From Candidatus Moraniibacteriota bacterium (GTDB lineage Bacteria > Patescibacteriota > Minisyncoccia > Moranbacterales > UBA2206), in NCBI GenBank assembly GCA_013334765.1, contig JAAXWW010000001.1:236589-300588 (forward strand): DNA of 64,000 nt, read 5' to 3'. Positions within the stretch are counted from its first letter, which is position 1; the number at the start of each line of letters is the position of its first letter. This document shows, piece by piece, positions 45,538 through 53,977 of the stretch. The position numbers were made by a program, and so were the translations under genes. The notes below the pieces were generated by a model. The model was not told where the DNA came from, searched no databases, and saw only the letters and a program-made list of their open reading frames with translations.

Positions 45538-46440
45538 ATGAACAAAGAACTGGCTAAGAATTTCGCTCCCGGCCATAGCGCCTGCCAAGGCTGCGGTTTT
45601 CCGGCGATAGTGAGGACGATTTTGGGCGAGGCGACGACACCGATCGTGGTTGCCAATGCGACGGGGTGCCTCGAGGTGACATCGACCATCTATCCGTATA
45701 CGGCCTGGAAAGTGCCGTATATCCACAATGCTTTCGAGAATGCCGCTGCCACCATTTCCGGAGTCGAGCGGGCATACAAAGCGCTCAGCAAGAAAGGGAA
45801 GATAAAGAAGAAGATAAAATTCGTGGCTTTCGGAGGCGATGGCGGGACATATGATATCGGATTGCAATCCCTTTCGGGCGCTCTTGAACGCGGCCATGAT
45901 TTCCTGTATGTGGTCTATGACAACGGAGGATATATGAACACCGGAAATCAGCGATCGTCTGCGACTCCGTATGGAGCGGGGACGGAAACGACTCCGGTCG
46001 GCAAGGAGTCTTTCGGGAAAATGGAAACCAGGAAAAGCATCATGGAGATCGTGAATGCTCACAGGGTTCCGTATTTGGCGCAGGCCAACGTCGCGTATCT
46101 CGCGGATCTCAAGAAGAAAGCCAAGAAGGCGCTGGAAGTGGAAGGCCCGTCTTTTCTGGCTGTCTTTTCGCCTTGCACCAACAATTGGAAATTCCCGACT
46201 TCTCAATATGTGAGGATCGCGCGTCTTGCCACTGAAACGAATTTCTGGCCGCTCTATGAAATCGAGAACGGCAAATACAATATCAATTGGGCAACGGAAA
46301 AGCCGAAGCCGGTGGAAGAATTCCTCAAGACCCAGGGCAGGTTCAAGCATCTTTTTTCTGAAAAGAACAAGGGCGTCCTGAAAGAGGTTCAGAAGAAAGT
46401 CGATGACGAATGGATGAGGCTGGTTAATCTGACGGACTAA
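45538..46440 (+). CDS. porB: pyruvate:ferredoxin oxidoreductase beta subunit (TPP-binding)
   Basis: GCGFPAIV...GGDGGTYDIG TPP motif. Confidence 0.85.
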   Translation: MNKELAKNFAPGHSACQGCGFPAIVRTILGEATTPIVVANATGCLEVTSTIYPYTAWKVPYIHNAFENAAATISGVERAYKALSKKGKIKKKIKFVAFGGDGGTYDIGLQSLSGALERGHDFLYVVYDNGGYMNTGNQRSSATPYGAGTETTPVGKESFGKMETRKSIMEIVNAHRVPYLAQANVAYLADLKKKAKKALEVEGPSFLAVFSPCTNNWKFPTSQYVRIARLATETNFWPLYEIENGKYNINWATEKPKPVEEFLKTQGRFKHLFSEKNKGVLKEVQKKVDDEWMRLVNLTD

Positions 46441-46452
46441 TAATAAAAAGAT

Positions 46453-46767
46453 ATGGAATTCAAGGAACTGCAGAATAAGATAACGTTGGCTCTTGCCAGA
46501 TACGGAAGCGACAACGGCATAAGGGTGGATGACGAGTATGTCTTGGTGAAGCTTTTCGAGGAGATGGGGGACATCGCCAAAACAGCTTTGATATACAAGA
46601 ACAAATGCGAAAACAGGAAGATGATTCCGCGTGATGAGGCCAAGAAGATGATCGCTGTCGAAATCGCCGACACAGTCGGCCTGTTGCTGGCTTTTGCCAG
46701 TCAGCTGAATATAGATGTGGAAGAGGAAATAAAAGATAAGTGGCTTTCCAAATACGCGGAAGCCTGA
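46453..46767 (+). CDS. MazG-like nucleotide pyrophosphohydrolase domain protein
   Basis: EEMGDIAKTAL...IADTVGLLLAFASQLNIDVEEEIKDKW. Confidence 0.6.
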   Translation: MEFKELQNKITLALARYGSDNGIRVDDEYVLVKLFEEMGDIAKTALIYKNKCENRKMIPRDEAKKMIAVEIADTVGLLLAFASQLNIDVEEEIKDKWLSKYAEA

Positions 46768-46777
46768 TTTTCCAGTG

Positions 46778-46850
46778 AGCCGCCTGTCGGAATCGAACCG
46801 ACGACCTACGCGTTACGAGTGCGTCGCTCTGCCAACTGAGCTAAGGCGGC
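46778..46850 (-). tRNA. tRNA-Thr (anticodon CGU)
   Basis: RC reads GCCGCCTTAGCTCAGTTGGCAGAGCGACGCACTCGTAACGCGTAGGTCGTCGGTTCGATTCCGACAGGCGGCT, a cloverleaf with anticodon loop CTCGTAA. Confidence 0.8.
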
Positions 46851-46851
46851 T

Positions 46852-46927
46852 GACTACGCCGAGGCTTCGTCAGCCAAAGGCCGACTATGCCGAGGCTTCG
46901 TCAGCCAAAGGCCGACTATGCCGAGGT
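46852..46927. repeat. 31-bp tandem repeat x2.45 abutting tRNA-Thr 5' end
   Basis: gactacgccgaggcttcgtcagccaaaggcc / gactatgccgaggcttcgtcagccaaaggcc / gactatgccgaggt. Confidence 0.85.
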
Positions 46928-46985
46928 TTCTTTGCTTGGGCATGACCTAGACATGATATAATAAGTCTTAAAATAATTCAAATCC

Positions 46986-47504
46986 ATGAAAATATATATC
47001 TGCGAAATCTGCGGAGACGCCTATATCGGTTCTGAAAAGCCGGCCAATTGCCCTTTCTGCGGGGCAAGGTCCAATTTCATAAAGGACGGCGCGGAAGCCA
47101 AGCCGATTGTCAATGAGAAGATAGAAATCAGTGAAGAATCCAGGAAGAATCTTTTGGAAACATTGGATCTGGAAATAGACGCCAATGCGATATATCTCTG
47201 CATGGCCGGGAAGGCGAAGGAATATATGATAAAGGCGATGTATAAGAGGCTGGCCAAGGTGGAATTCGAGCACGCGACTATTGTTACGAAACTTTTGGGG
47301 ATGGATGCTCCCAAAGCCAAGGAGCTGCCGTGTCCGGACAGCGATGCTGAAAATTTCGAAAAGACTATCGCGCTTGAGGATCACGCTGCCGCTCTTTATC
47401 GCGAATTCGTCAAGAAATCGGCCGAAAAGAATATCAGGATTTTCTTCACGGCTCTTTCCCAGGTGGAAGAGGAACATAAGCAGCTTATTTCGGAAATTGC
47501 CTGA
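46986..47504 (+). CDS. rubrerythrin-family protein with N-terminal rubredoxin-like CxxC...CxxC
   Basis: CEICG...CPFCG followed by a ferritin-like domain with ExxH pairs (EDHAAALY, EEEHKQLI). Extended -10 tGaTATAAT at 46944-46952. Confidence 0.8.
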   Translation: MKIYICEICGDAYIGSEKPANCPFCGARSNFIKDGAEAKPIVNEKIEISEESRKNLLETLDLEIDANAIYLCMAGKAKEYMIKAMYKRLAKVEFEHATIVTKLLGMDAPKAKELPCPDSDAENFEKTIALEDHAAALYREFVKKSAEKNIRIFFTALSQVEEEHKQLISEIA

Positions 47505-47516
47505 GAGACTATTATC

Positions 47517-47670
47517 GGAAAGAGAGTGATGATATTTCAAATGACTGACTCGAGCATCGCATTTTTTATTCAAAAATATTCCCTCGCTCGACGGCATCCG
47601 GTGGAATATTTTTGAAAAAATACGTGCTCTCAAACAGGTGAGTCGTTTGAAATATCATCACTCTCTTTCC
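47517..47670 (-). repeat. family-2 palindromic intergenic element, copy 2 (inverted relative to copy 1)
   Basis: The core is the reverse complement of the 26449-26515 core; different arms (ggaaagagagtgatgatatttcaaa...) that pair with each other. Confidence 0.85.
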
Positions 47671-47707
47671 TTGAGATAAGAGTAAAGCTTTAACAAAAGC
47701 TATAACA

Positions 47708-48786
47708 TATGGAAGATAAAATCATAGAATTGAAGAATAAGATCCTGCTTTTGCGGGACTATCTTTGACGTTGCGGGAAAGGAAAACAGGATCCTGGAGC
47801 TGGAGGCTGAATCGAATCGGGAGGGGTTCTGGGATGACCATCAGAAGGCTTCTTCGGTCATGCAGGAACTGGAAGAGATCAGGAAAGAGATAAGGATCCT
47901 TTTGGAAAGCGAAAAGGAAATAGCCGATATTTCGGAATTCTTGGAAATGGCGGAGAGCGAAGAGGAAAAGGATGAGATAGGGAACAAGGTTGCGGAACTT
48001 GAAAAGAACCTGGCCGAGCTGGAATTCAAGACCCTTTTCGACGGGGAATATGACAGCAATCCGGCAATCGTTTCGATATATTGCGGCGCCGGCGGGGTGG
48101 ATGCGCAGGACTGGTCGGAAATGATCCTCAGGATGTATCTCAGGTGGGCGGAAAAGAACGGTTTTCGGGCCAAGCTTCTGGATGAGACCCGCGGGCAGGA
48201 GGCCGGGATCAAGAACGCCACGATAGAATTCACCGGCCCCTATGCTTATGGATATTTGAAAAGCGAATCGGGCGTGCATCGCCTGGTGCGCCTTTCGCCT
48301 TTCAACTCGGACAATCTGAGGCAGACTTCCTTTGCCATGGTCGAGGTCCTGCCTGTTATCGATATGATAAGCGAAGTGGAGATCAAACCGGATGATCTTA
48401 GGGTGGATGTTTTCCGTTCGCAAGGGGCTGGCGGTCAGGGCGTCAATACGACGGATAGCGCGGTGAGGATCCTGCATATCCCGACTGGAATCATGGTCAC
48501 TTGCCAGAACGAGAGGAGCCAGATGCAGAACAGGGAACAGGCGATGAAGATCCTGAAAGCCAAGCTGCACAAGAAATACCTGGAAGAAAAAGAAGCGGAA
48601 AAAAACAAACTGCGGGGCGAGCAGGTGAGTGCCGAATGGGGAAGCCAGATACGGTCATATGTGGTTCATCCGTATAAAATGGTGAAGGATCACCGCACTA
48701 AGCATGAAACTGCGGATGTCGAAAGCGTTTTCGACGGGAACATCAACGGTTTCATGGAAAGCTATTTGGAGGGTTTGAAAAAATAG
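47708..48786 (+). CDS. prfB: peptide chain release factor 2 (programmed +1 frameshift; apparent extra 1-nt frame disruption)
   Basis: N-terminal MEDKIIELKNKILLLRDYL then CTT TGA C at 47762-47768. The +1 frame gives DVAGKENRILELEAESNR and stops at 47835; the main ORF (47860-48786, SPF motif, GGQ in QGAGGQGVNTT) is in the next frame. The junction is in the G-run 47817-47826. Confidence 0.8.
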
Positions 48787-48835
48787 TTTATAATATGTTC
48801 ATGTCGGATAATTTCATTATTCTAAGCTTCTCATT

Positions 48836-49519
48836 ATGATCAAATTCGATTCGGTATCGAAAATATATAAAGACGATTATGTGGCTCTCGACAATGTGAC
48901 CTTCGAAATAAAGGAAGGCGATTTCGTTTCTATTGTCGGGGCGAGCGGGGCTGGCAAATCGACCCTGCTCAAGCTCATATATGCCGAGGAGTCCCCGACT
49001 TCCGGGACGGTATATTTCAACGGCGGACCGCTTGAGGGAATGAGCCGGAGGAAAGTGCCGTTCCATAGGAGGAATATCGGGACTGTTTTCCAGGATTTCA
49101 AGCTCTTGCCGAAAAAGACGGCTTTCGAGAATATCGCCTATGCTCTGGAAGTGTCCGGCGCGCCGACGGAAGAGATCATGGAATATGTCCCTCAGATTTT
49201 CGAAATAGTCGGACTGTCCGACAAGGTGAACAAGTTTCCGCATGAACTGTCCGGAGGAGAACAGCAGAAAATAGCTCTTGCCCGCGCCCTTATCAACAAG
49301 CCGCTCGTTATCATAGCGGATGAGCCGACGGGAAACCTCGATCCTGTTTCTTCGGTTGAAATAATGCAGCTGCTGCTCAAGATCAACAAGCTCGGAACGA
49401 CAGTCGTTTTGGCGACGCATGACAAGGAAATAGTGAACAAGGCGACAAGGCGAGTCATCGTCCTTGAAAAGGGGAAAGTGATCTGCGACGAAGAAAAAGG
49501 CAAATACAAGATCTGTTAA
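48836..49519 (+). CDS. ftsE: cell-division ABC ATPase FtsE
   Basis: Walker A GASGAGKSTL, LSGGEQQKIALARAL; followed by ftsX. Confidence 0.9.
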   Translation: MIKFDSVSKIYKDDYVALDNVTFEIKEGDFVSIVGASGAGKSTLLKLIYAEESPTSGTVYFNGGPLEGMSRRKVPFHRRNIGTVFQDFKLLPKKTAFENIAYALEVSGAPTEEIMEYVPQIFEIVGLSDKVNKFPHELSGGEQQKIALARALINKPLVIIADEPTGNLDPVSSVEIMQLLLKINKLGTTVVLATHDKEIVNKATRRVIVLEKGKVICDEEKGKYKIC

Positions 49520-49532
49520 AATAAAAAAAACT

Positions 49533-50441
49533 ATGTTTCTAATCATTGGGAGAACAATCAAAGAGGCTTCTAGGAATTTCATCAGGAACGGCTGGCTTAC
49601 GGTTGCTGCGGTGAGCGTCATGATCATGTCGCTTTTCATCATCAGCGTCCTCTATACTGTGACTATGACTGCCAGCGGGATATTGAAAGGCGTTGAGAAT
49701 AAAGTCAATGTGAGTGTGTATTTCAAGCCGGACACAACCGAGAACGATATCCAGAAAATCAAATCGGATCTGGAAAAATATAACGAGATAAAGTCCGTCG
49801 AATATGTCTCGAAAGACAAGGCCCTTGCCGATTTCAAGGCCAATAATGTCAACGAGCCGAGGATCCTGGACGCGCTCAACGAGATCGGGGATAACCCGCT
49901 GCCGTCCTCGCTTGTCATCCAGGCCAATAGCCCCTCCCAATACGATTCGATAGTCACCTATCTCGGCGACGCCTCCTTCAAGGACGAGATAAGCCATATA
50001 AACTACGGCAAGACGAAGGATGTCATCAACAGGCTGAACAATATCATTTCCGAAATAAAGAATGCCGGCCTGTATATCTCGCTTCTTTTCGCGGCTATTT
50101 CCGTGCTTATCATCTTCAACACGGTGAGGATCACCATCTATACCCATAAGCAGGAAGTGGAAGTGATGCGCCTGGTCGGGGCATCCAACATGTTCATCCG
50201 CCTGCCGTTCGTTTTCGAAGGGATCTTCTATGGGATCGTGGCTTCGGTGGTTTCGATGGGGCTCCTTTTCGCGGCGCTCAAGTTCGCTTCCCCATATGTG
50301 ACCAAGATAATCCCGACTGAAGACCTGGTTTCTTTCTATATAAGCAACTTCCTTCTTCTTCTCGGCACCCAGCTTGCGATCGGCGCGGTGATCGGGATCC
50401 TCTCGAGTTTGATCGCGATCAGGAAATATCTGAAGGTGTAG
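49533..50441 (+). CDS. ftsX: cell-division permease-like protein FtsX
   Basis: FtsX topology (TM, large periplasmic loop, 3 C-terminal TM). Confidence 0.85.
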   Translation: MFLIIGRTIKEASRNFIRNGWLTVAAVSVMIMSLFIISVLYTVTMTASGILKGVENKVNVSVYFKPDTTENDIQKIKSDLEKYNEIKSVEYVSKDKALADFKANNVNEPRILDALNEIGDNPLPSSLVIQANSPSQYDSIVTYLGDASFKDEISHINYGKTKDVINRLNNIISEIKNAGLYISLLFAAISVLIIFNTVRITIYTHKQEVEVMRLVGASNMFIRLPFVFEGIFYGIVASVVSMGLLFAALKFASPYVTKIIPTEDLVSFYISNFLLLLGTQLAIGAVIGILSSLIAIRKYLKV

Positions 50442-50541
50442 CTATAAAACCTTTATTTCAGGCTAAAAAAGCTTCTTATTGACCCGGGGTTGATTTTATC
50501 TTGGTTTTGCGTTAGATTGTCTTAGTAGCTGATCCTTACAT

Positions 50542-50613
50542 TGGGGAATAGCCAAGCGGTAAGGCAGTAGGTTCTGGTCCTACCATGCGGGGGTTCGAAT
50601 CCCTCTTCCCCAA
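50542..50613 (+). tRNA. tRNA-Gln (anticodon CUG)
   Basis: TGGGGAATAGCCAAGCGGTAAGGCAGTAGGTTCTGGTCCTACCATGCGGGGGTTCGAATCCCTCTTCCCCA closely parallels E. coli tRNA-Gln; anticodon loop TTCTGGT. Confidence 0.85.
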
Positions 50614-50619
50614 CATCCC

Positions 50620-50650
50620 AAATAACCCCTTATTTAAAGGGGTTATTTTT
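50620..50650 (+). terminator. rho-independent terminator after tRNA-Gln
   Basis: aaataacccctt-attta-aaggggttattt followed by tt. Confidence 0.75.
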
Positions 50651-50687
50651 ATACCCATGTGTAACTTCAGAACTCGTCAGGTGTCTA

Positions 50688-50716
50688 TTGACTTATTACG
50701 TATAGTATGCTACTAT
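50688..50716 (+). promoter_or_regulatory. promoter TTGACT-17-TACTAT for GC-rich cassette gene
   Basis: 50688-50693 and 50711-50716; GGAGG RBS at 50754-50758. Confidence 0.45.
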
Positions 50717-50765
50717 ACAAAGTTCACAAAGGCAATAAAACACAACAACCACTGGAGGCTGCACG

Positions 50766-51032
50766 ATGGACAGGCAAGAATTGGAACAAATGCTCGCGAA
50801 AGGAAACGGCTGCCAGCCCATGTCCCTGGCGCATCACAACTACGACGCGGATAAAATCACCGAAGTCAAGGTGGTGAGCCTCACCTGCTCCGGATACGAA
50901 AAAGAACTCAAAGAAGCCATCGTCGGAGGTTGGAAGCTGATGTCCCTGCTGGTTACCAACACCGCCATCTTCCAGGGAGCGCCTGAACACAGGATCACCG
51001 CGGTACTGGTGAAGCTTCAGGAAGAGCAGTAG
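50766..51032 (+). CDS. 88-aa hypothetical protein, DUF4177-like; conspicuously GC-rich versus surroundings
   Basis: Own promoter, RBS and terminator. Codon usage (ctg/gcg/ggc/acc) unlike neighbours. Lies immediately 3' of tRNA-Gln. Confidence 0.55.
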   Translation: MDRQELEQMLAKGNGCQPMSLAHHNYDADKITEVKVVSLTCSGYEKELKEAIVGGWKLMSLLVTNTAIFQGAPEHRITAVLVKLQEEQ

Positions 51033-51054
51033 CCTGCTGGACCAACGGTCCCAA

Positions 51055-51095
51055 GGAGGCGCCCTACCGAACGGTAGCGCGCCTCCTTTTTTATT
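51055..51095 (+). terminator. rho-independent terminator (nested hairpin)
   Basis: ggaggcgc-cctaccgaacggtag-gcgcctcc followed by tttttt. Confidence 0.8.
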
Positions 51096-51187
51096 TGCTA
51101 AGTATTTATGGGAAGTCAAAAAGAGCTCTGTATATTATGTGAAATCAAATAAGTTCCAACTTCGTCCCACAGGCGCAACATCTAAAA

Positions 51188-51217
51188 ATAAGCTTTGAGT
51201 AAAGCTTATTTTTTTTA
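51188..51217 (+). terminator. rho-independent terminator
   Basis: ataagcttt-gagt-aaagcttat followed by tttttttt. Confidence 0.6.
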
Positions 51218-51256
51218 CCCAAATAAGACCATTAGAACTCGTGGTATAATTCTCAT

Positions 51257-51835
51257 ATGAGAAAAGAAAAGATAATATTGGTTCATGGGTGGGGCAGTTC
51301 TCCCAGGGACGACTGGTTTCCTTGGGTGTCTTCTGAGTTGAAAAAGCTCGGCTTTGATTTTGCGATGCCGGAAATGCCCAATACGGAAGAGCCGAAGATA
51401 GAAGAATGGGTTCCATATCTGGAGAAAATAGCCAAGGACTATGATGAGAATACGATTTTCGTGGGTCATAGCATCGGTTGTCAGGCTATAATGAGATTCT
51501 TGGAAAAGCAGAACAGAAGAGCTAGGGGAGCTGTTTTTGTTGCAGGCTGGTTCGAATTGGAGAATCTGGAAGAAGAAGAGGGATCAGAAGCGATAGCCAA
51601 GCCTTGGATTGAGACGCCGATAGATTTTGAAAAGGTGAAACGGAATATCGGGAAATCAATCGTGTTTCTGGGAGATAATGACCCATGGGTTCCAGTGGAA
51701 AGGACCAAGGAATCTTTTGAAATAAACCTGGGTTCAGTCGTTGAAATTATTCCTGGCGCTGGGCATATGTCTGCTGATGATGGCTTCAGTGCGTTTCCAA
51801 GAATAATCGAAGAGATAGCGAAATTAGCCGAGTAG
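51257..51835 (+). CDS. alpha/beta hydrolase, YdeN/RBBP9-type serine hydrolase (PF06821-like)
   Basis: ILVHGWGSS, nucleophile elbow GHSIG. -10 TGgTATAAT at 51242-51250 only 6 nt before the ATG. Confidence 0.7.
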   Translation: MRKEKIILVHGWGSSPRDDWFPWVSSELKKLGFDFAMPEMPNTEEPKIEEWVPYLEKIAKDYDENTIFVGHSIGCQAIMRFLEKQNRRARGAVFVAGWFELENLEEEEGSEAIAKPWIETPIDFEKVKRNIGKSIVFLGDNDPWVPVERTKESFEINLGSVVEIIPGAGHMSADDGFSAFPRIIEEIAKLAE

Positions 51836-51867
51836 AATATTCGGCAGCCTTTTGGATAACAGCTATA

Positions 51868-52440
51868 ATGCAAATCATGGTGGATAAAATGGATGAAGAA
51901 GACATCTGCCGGCTCATAGAAAGCGATGAATGGATGATGAAGGTGCTGGCGGCGGTGAAATCGCTTGGTCTTCCGGATTGCTGGATCGGGGCGGGGTTCG
52001 TGCGCAATAAGGTCTGGGATCATCTTCATGGCTTCGAACACCGGACGCCGCTATCCGATATCGACGTCATATATTTCGATTCCGGAAACAAGGAAGAAAG
52101 CGCTGAAAATGATCTTGAGAACAGGCTTCAGGAGCTTTTTCCCGGTTTGCCGTGGTCTGTAACGAATCAGGCTAGGATGCATATGGCGAATGGCGACGAG
52201 CCATATCTTTCTTCAACTGACGCTCTGTCCAGATGGCCGGAAACGGCGACAAGCGTTGCGGTCAGGTTGGATGAGGGGAATAGGATAGTCTTCAACGCGC
52301 CCAATGGTATTTCTGATCTGGTTAATCTAAAAGTTTGCCCTACTCCCGCGTTCCGTTCCAAGAAAGATATTTATGAAAACCGCTTGAAGAAAAAGAGATG
52401 GGAGGATAAATGGTCAAGAATAGAGGTATTTCATTTTTAG
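51868..52440 (+). CDS. nucleotidyltransferase-family protein (PF10127-like)
   Basis: WIGAGFVRNKVWD...SDIDVIYFD. TATAAT at 51864-51869 overlaps the first ATG; the second ATG at 51877 is 7 nt downstream, a possible leaderless start. Confidence 0.65.
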   Translation: MQIMVDKMDEEDICRLIESDEWMMKVLAAVKSLGLPDCWIGAGFVRNKVWDHLHGFEHRTPLSDIDVIYFDSGNKEESAENDLENRLQELFPGLPWSVTNQARMHMANGDEPYLSSTDALSRWPETATSVAVRLDEGNRIVFNAPNGISDLVNLKVCPTPAFRSKKDIYENRLKKKRWEDKWSRIEVFHF

Positions 52441-52497
52441 GTCAGAGTTTCTGCAGTTTTGCTTTATAGGGAATAATAAACTTACGGTGATAAGTCA

Positions 52498-53454
52498 GTG
52501 CATGAAATGAAAAAGCCGATTATCGTCATTGTCTCGACCTTATTGCTCTTATCGGTTTTTCGTTATGCTTATAACTATCATCTGCCCAAGAAAAAATACC
52601 CAGGAATACCGACGGATAATAACAATAAAAAAAGCGAATCTTCCAATATTGTAGGAGAGAATAGTGGCAGCGTTTCAGATAAAAGCGCTACTGATCCTCA
52701 AAAAGAATCTGCGATTGTGTTCAGCGATGATTTTTCAAAAAGCGGGACTTTTGAAGAAGCTGGGAGCATGAACGAAAGCGCCAGCAAGGATTGGTGGGTC
52801 AATTCCGGAGCTTTCTTTAATGTGAAGAACGGAGTGGGGATGACGTTGGCGGGAGATCTTGCGAAAAATGATAAGTGGCAAAAGGAATATGAAAAATATG
52901 ATCCTGACGAGACAGACAAGGGCATTCATCCGCAAAATATCTTCCGTCTCGTTCTGAAATCCAAATGGAAGAATCTCAGGCAGGAGTCTTATTGCAAAAT
53001 CGATCGATATATCATCAGCGATAGCGAGAACCGCAGCGAATCGAACGGATTATTGCTCTTCAATAGGTATGTGGATGAGAATAATCTTTATTATACCGGG
53101 GTAAGGGTTGATGGGACCGTTGTAATAAAAAAGAAGATTGGTGGAAAATATTATACTATGGCGCAGAAGGTTTTCTATCCTGGGAGATATGACAGGAAGA
53201 ATAGCCCGAATCTTCTTCCTGTCGGAAAATGGATCGGGATCAGGAGTGAAGTTTTTGATAATCCTGACGAGTCTGTTTCTATAAGAATATATATCGATGG
53301 CAACCGATCAGGAGACTGGAAGCTTGCGCTGACAGCCGATGATAATGGCAAAGGTTTTGGGGGAGCGGCTATCATGAATTCCGGCTATGCCGGTATCCGA
53401 ACTGATTTCATGGACGCGGAAATCGATGATTATAGGATAGAAGAGATTAAATAG
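52498..53454 (+). CDS. hypothetical secreted/membrane-anchored protein, possible concanavalin-like jelly-roll (DUF1080/LamG-like)
   Basis: Signal anchor, then a C-terminal ...MNSGYAGIRTDFMDAEIDDYRI beta-rich region. Confidence 0.45.
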   Translation: MHEMKKPIIVIVSTLLLLSVFRYAYNYHLPKKKYPGIPTDNNNKKSESSNIVGENSGSVSDKSATDPQKESAIVFSDDFSKSGTFEEAGSMNESASKDWWVNSGAFFNVKNGVGMTLAGDLAKNDKWQKEYEKYDPDETDKGIHPQNIFRLVLKSKWKNLRQESYCKIDRYIISDSENRSESNGLLLFNRYVDENNLYYTGVRVDGTVVIKKKIGGKYYTMAQKVFYPGRYDRKNSPNLLPVGKWIGIRSEVFDNPDESVSIRIYIDGNRSGDWKLALTADDNGKGFGGAAIMNSGYAGIRTDFMDAEIDDYRIEEIK

Positions 53455-53479
53455 ATTAAATAGATTAAATAGATTAAAT
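53444..53479. repeat. 9-bp tandem repeat (agattaaat x4) spanning stop codon
   Basis: Produces four consecutive in-frame IK* units. Confidence 0.9.
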
Positions 53480-53495
53480 AGATAAGGATATCTTT

Positions 53496-53627
53496 ATGCC
53501 TGTATTGATAAACTTCAAGATCTGCGACAATGCCAAGGACTGCAGCGGCATCGCGGTGTGTCCGACTGGCGCATTGAGTTGGGAACTGATGACGGCGTGT
53601 TATAATCTTAGGATAAGGGTAAGATAA
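53496..53627 (+). CDS. 43-aa Cys-containing peptide (MPVLINFKICDNAKDCSGIAVCPTGALSWELMTACYNLRIRVR)
   Basis: AAGGA Shine-Dalgarno 8 nt upstream. A C-x5-C-x5-CP-x-GA ferredoxin-like half motif. Below the ORF-track cutoff. Confidence 0.35.
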   Translation: MPVLINFKICDNAKDCSGIAVCPTGALSWELMTACYNLRIRVR

Positions 53628-53632
53628 AAAAC

Positions 53633-53836
53633 ATGGACGAGATATTGAAAAAAATCGAGGAACAGGATAAGAAACTGGAGGCGATATATCATTCGATTGA
53701 GCAGATGCGGAAATATTTCCTCTGGACACTTATCATCACGATAGCAACTATCGTTCTTCCTTTGATCGCTTTAGCCTTTGTCATCCCGATGGTCATGAAG
53801 ACGCTTGGTTCGGCCTATGGAGGACTTCTGAATTAG
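53633..53836 (+). CDS. 67-aa small membrane protein (N-terminal helix plus one TM)
   Basis: ORF 6 nt after the Cys peptide; weak RBS. Confidence 0.35.
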   Translation: MDEILKKIEEQDKKLEAIYHSIEQMRKYFLWTLIITIATIVLPLIALAFVIPMVMKTLGSAYGGLLN

Positions 53837-53977
53837 GATTTGATTTCAAGTATTCAAATGAAACCAGAGATTGCGGTTCTTGGTTTTTTTGTTTTCGGAA
53901 ATGAAAACAGGGAGAAAACGGTATGACCGCTCTCTCCCTGGTTGGGGGTTGTTGGACGGCTGCTTTTTTTGATGGGG

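Noticed and set aside
46852-46927. Possible CRISPR array (also checked at 53444-53479 and the palindromic families)
   Set aside because: The repeats are strictly contiguous tandem units with no unique spacers. The palindromic families are dispersed single copies with no cas genes in the window.
51108-51152. 14-aa ORF MGSQKELCILCEIK between two terminators
   Set aside because: No RBS and too short. The segment is more likely a 3' UTR or short non-coding spacer; noted only because a terminator follows it.
53430-53729. 99-aa minus-strand ORF containing YLIYLIYLIYLI
   Set aside because: It is an artefact of the 9-bp agattaaat tandem repeat and overlaps the real plus-strand small genes.
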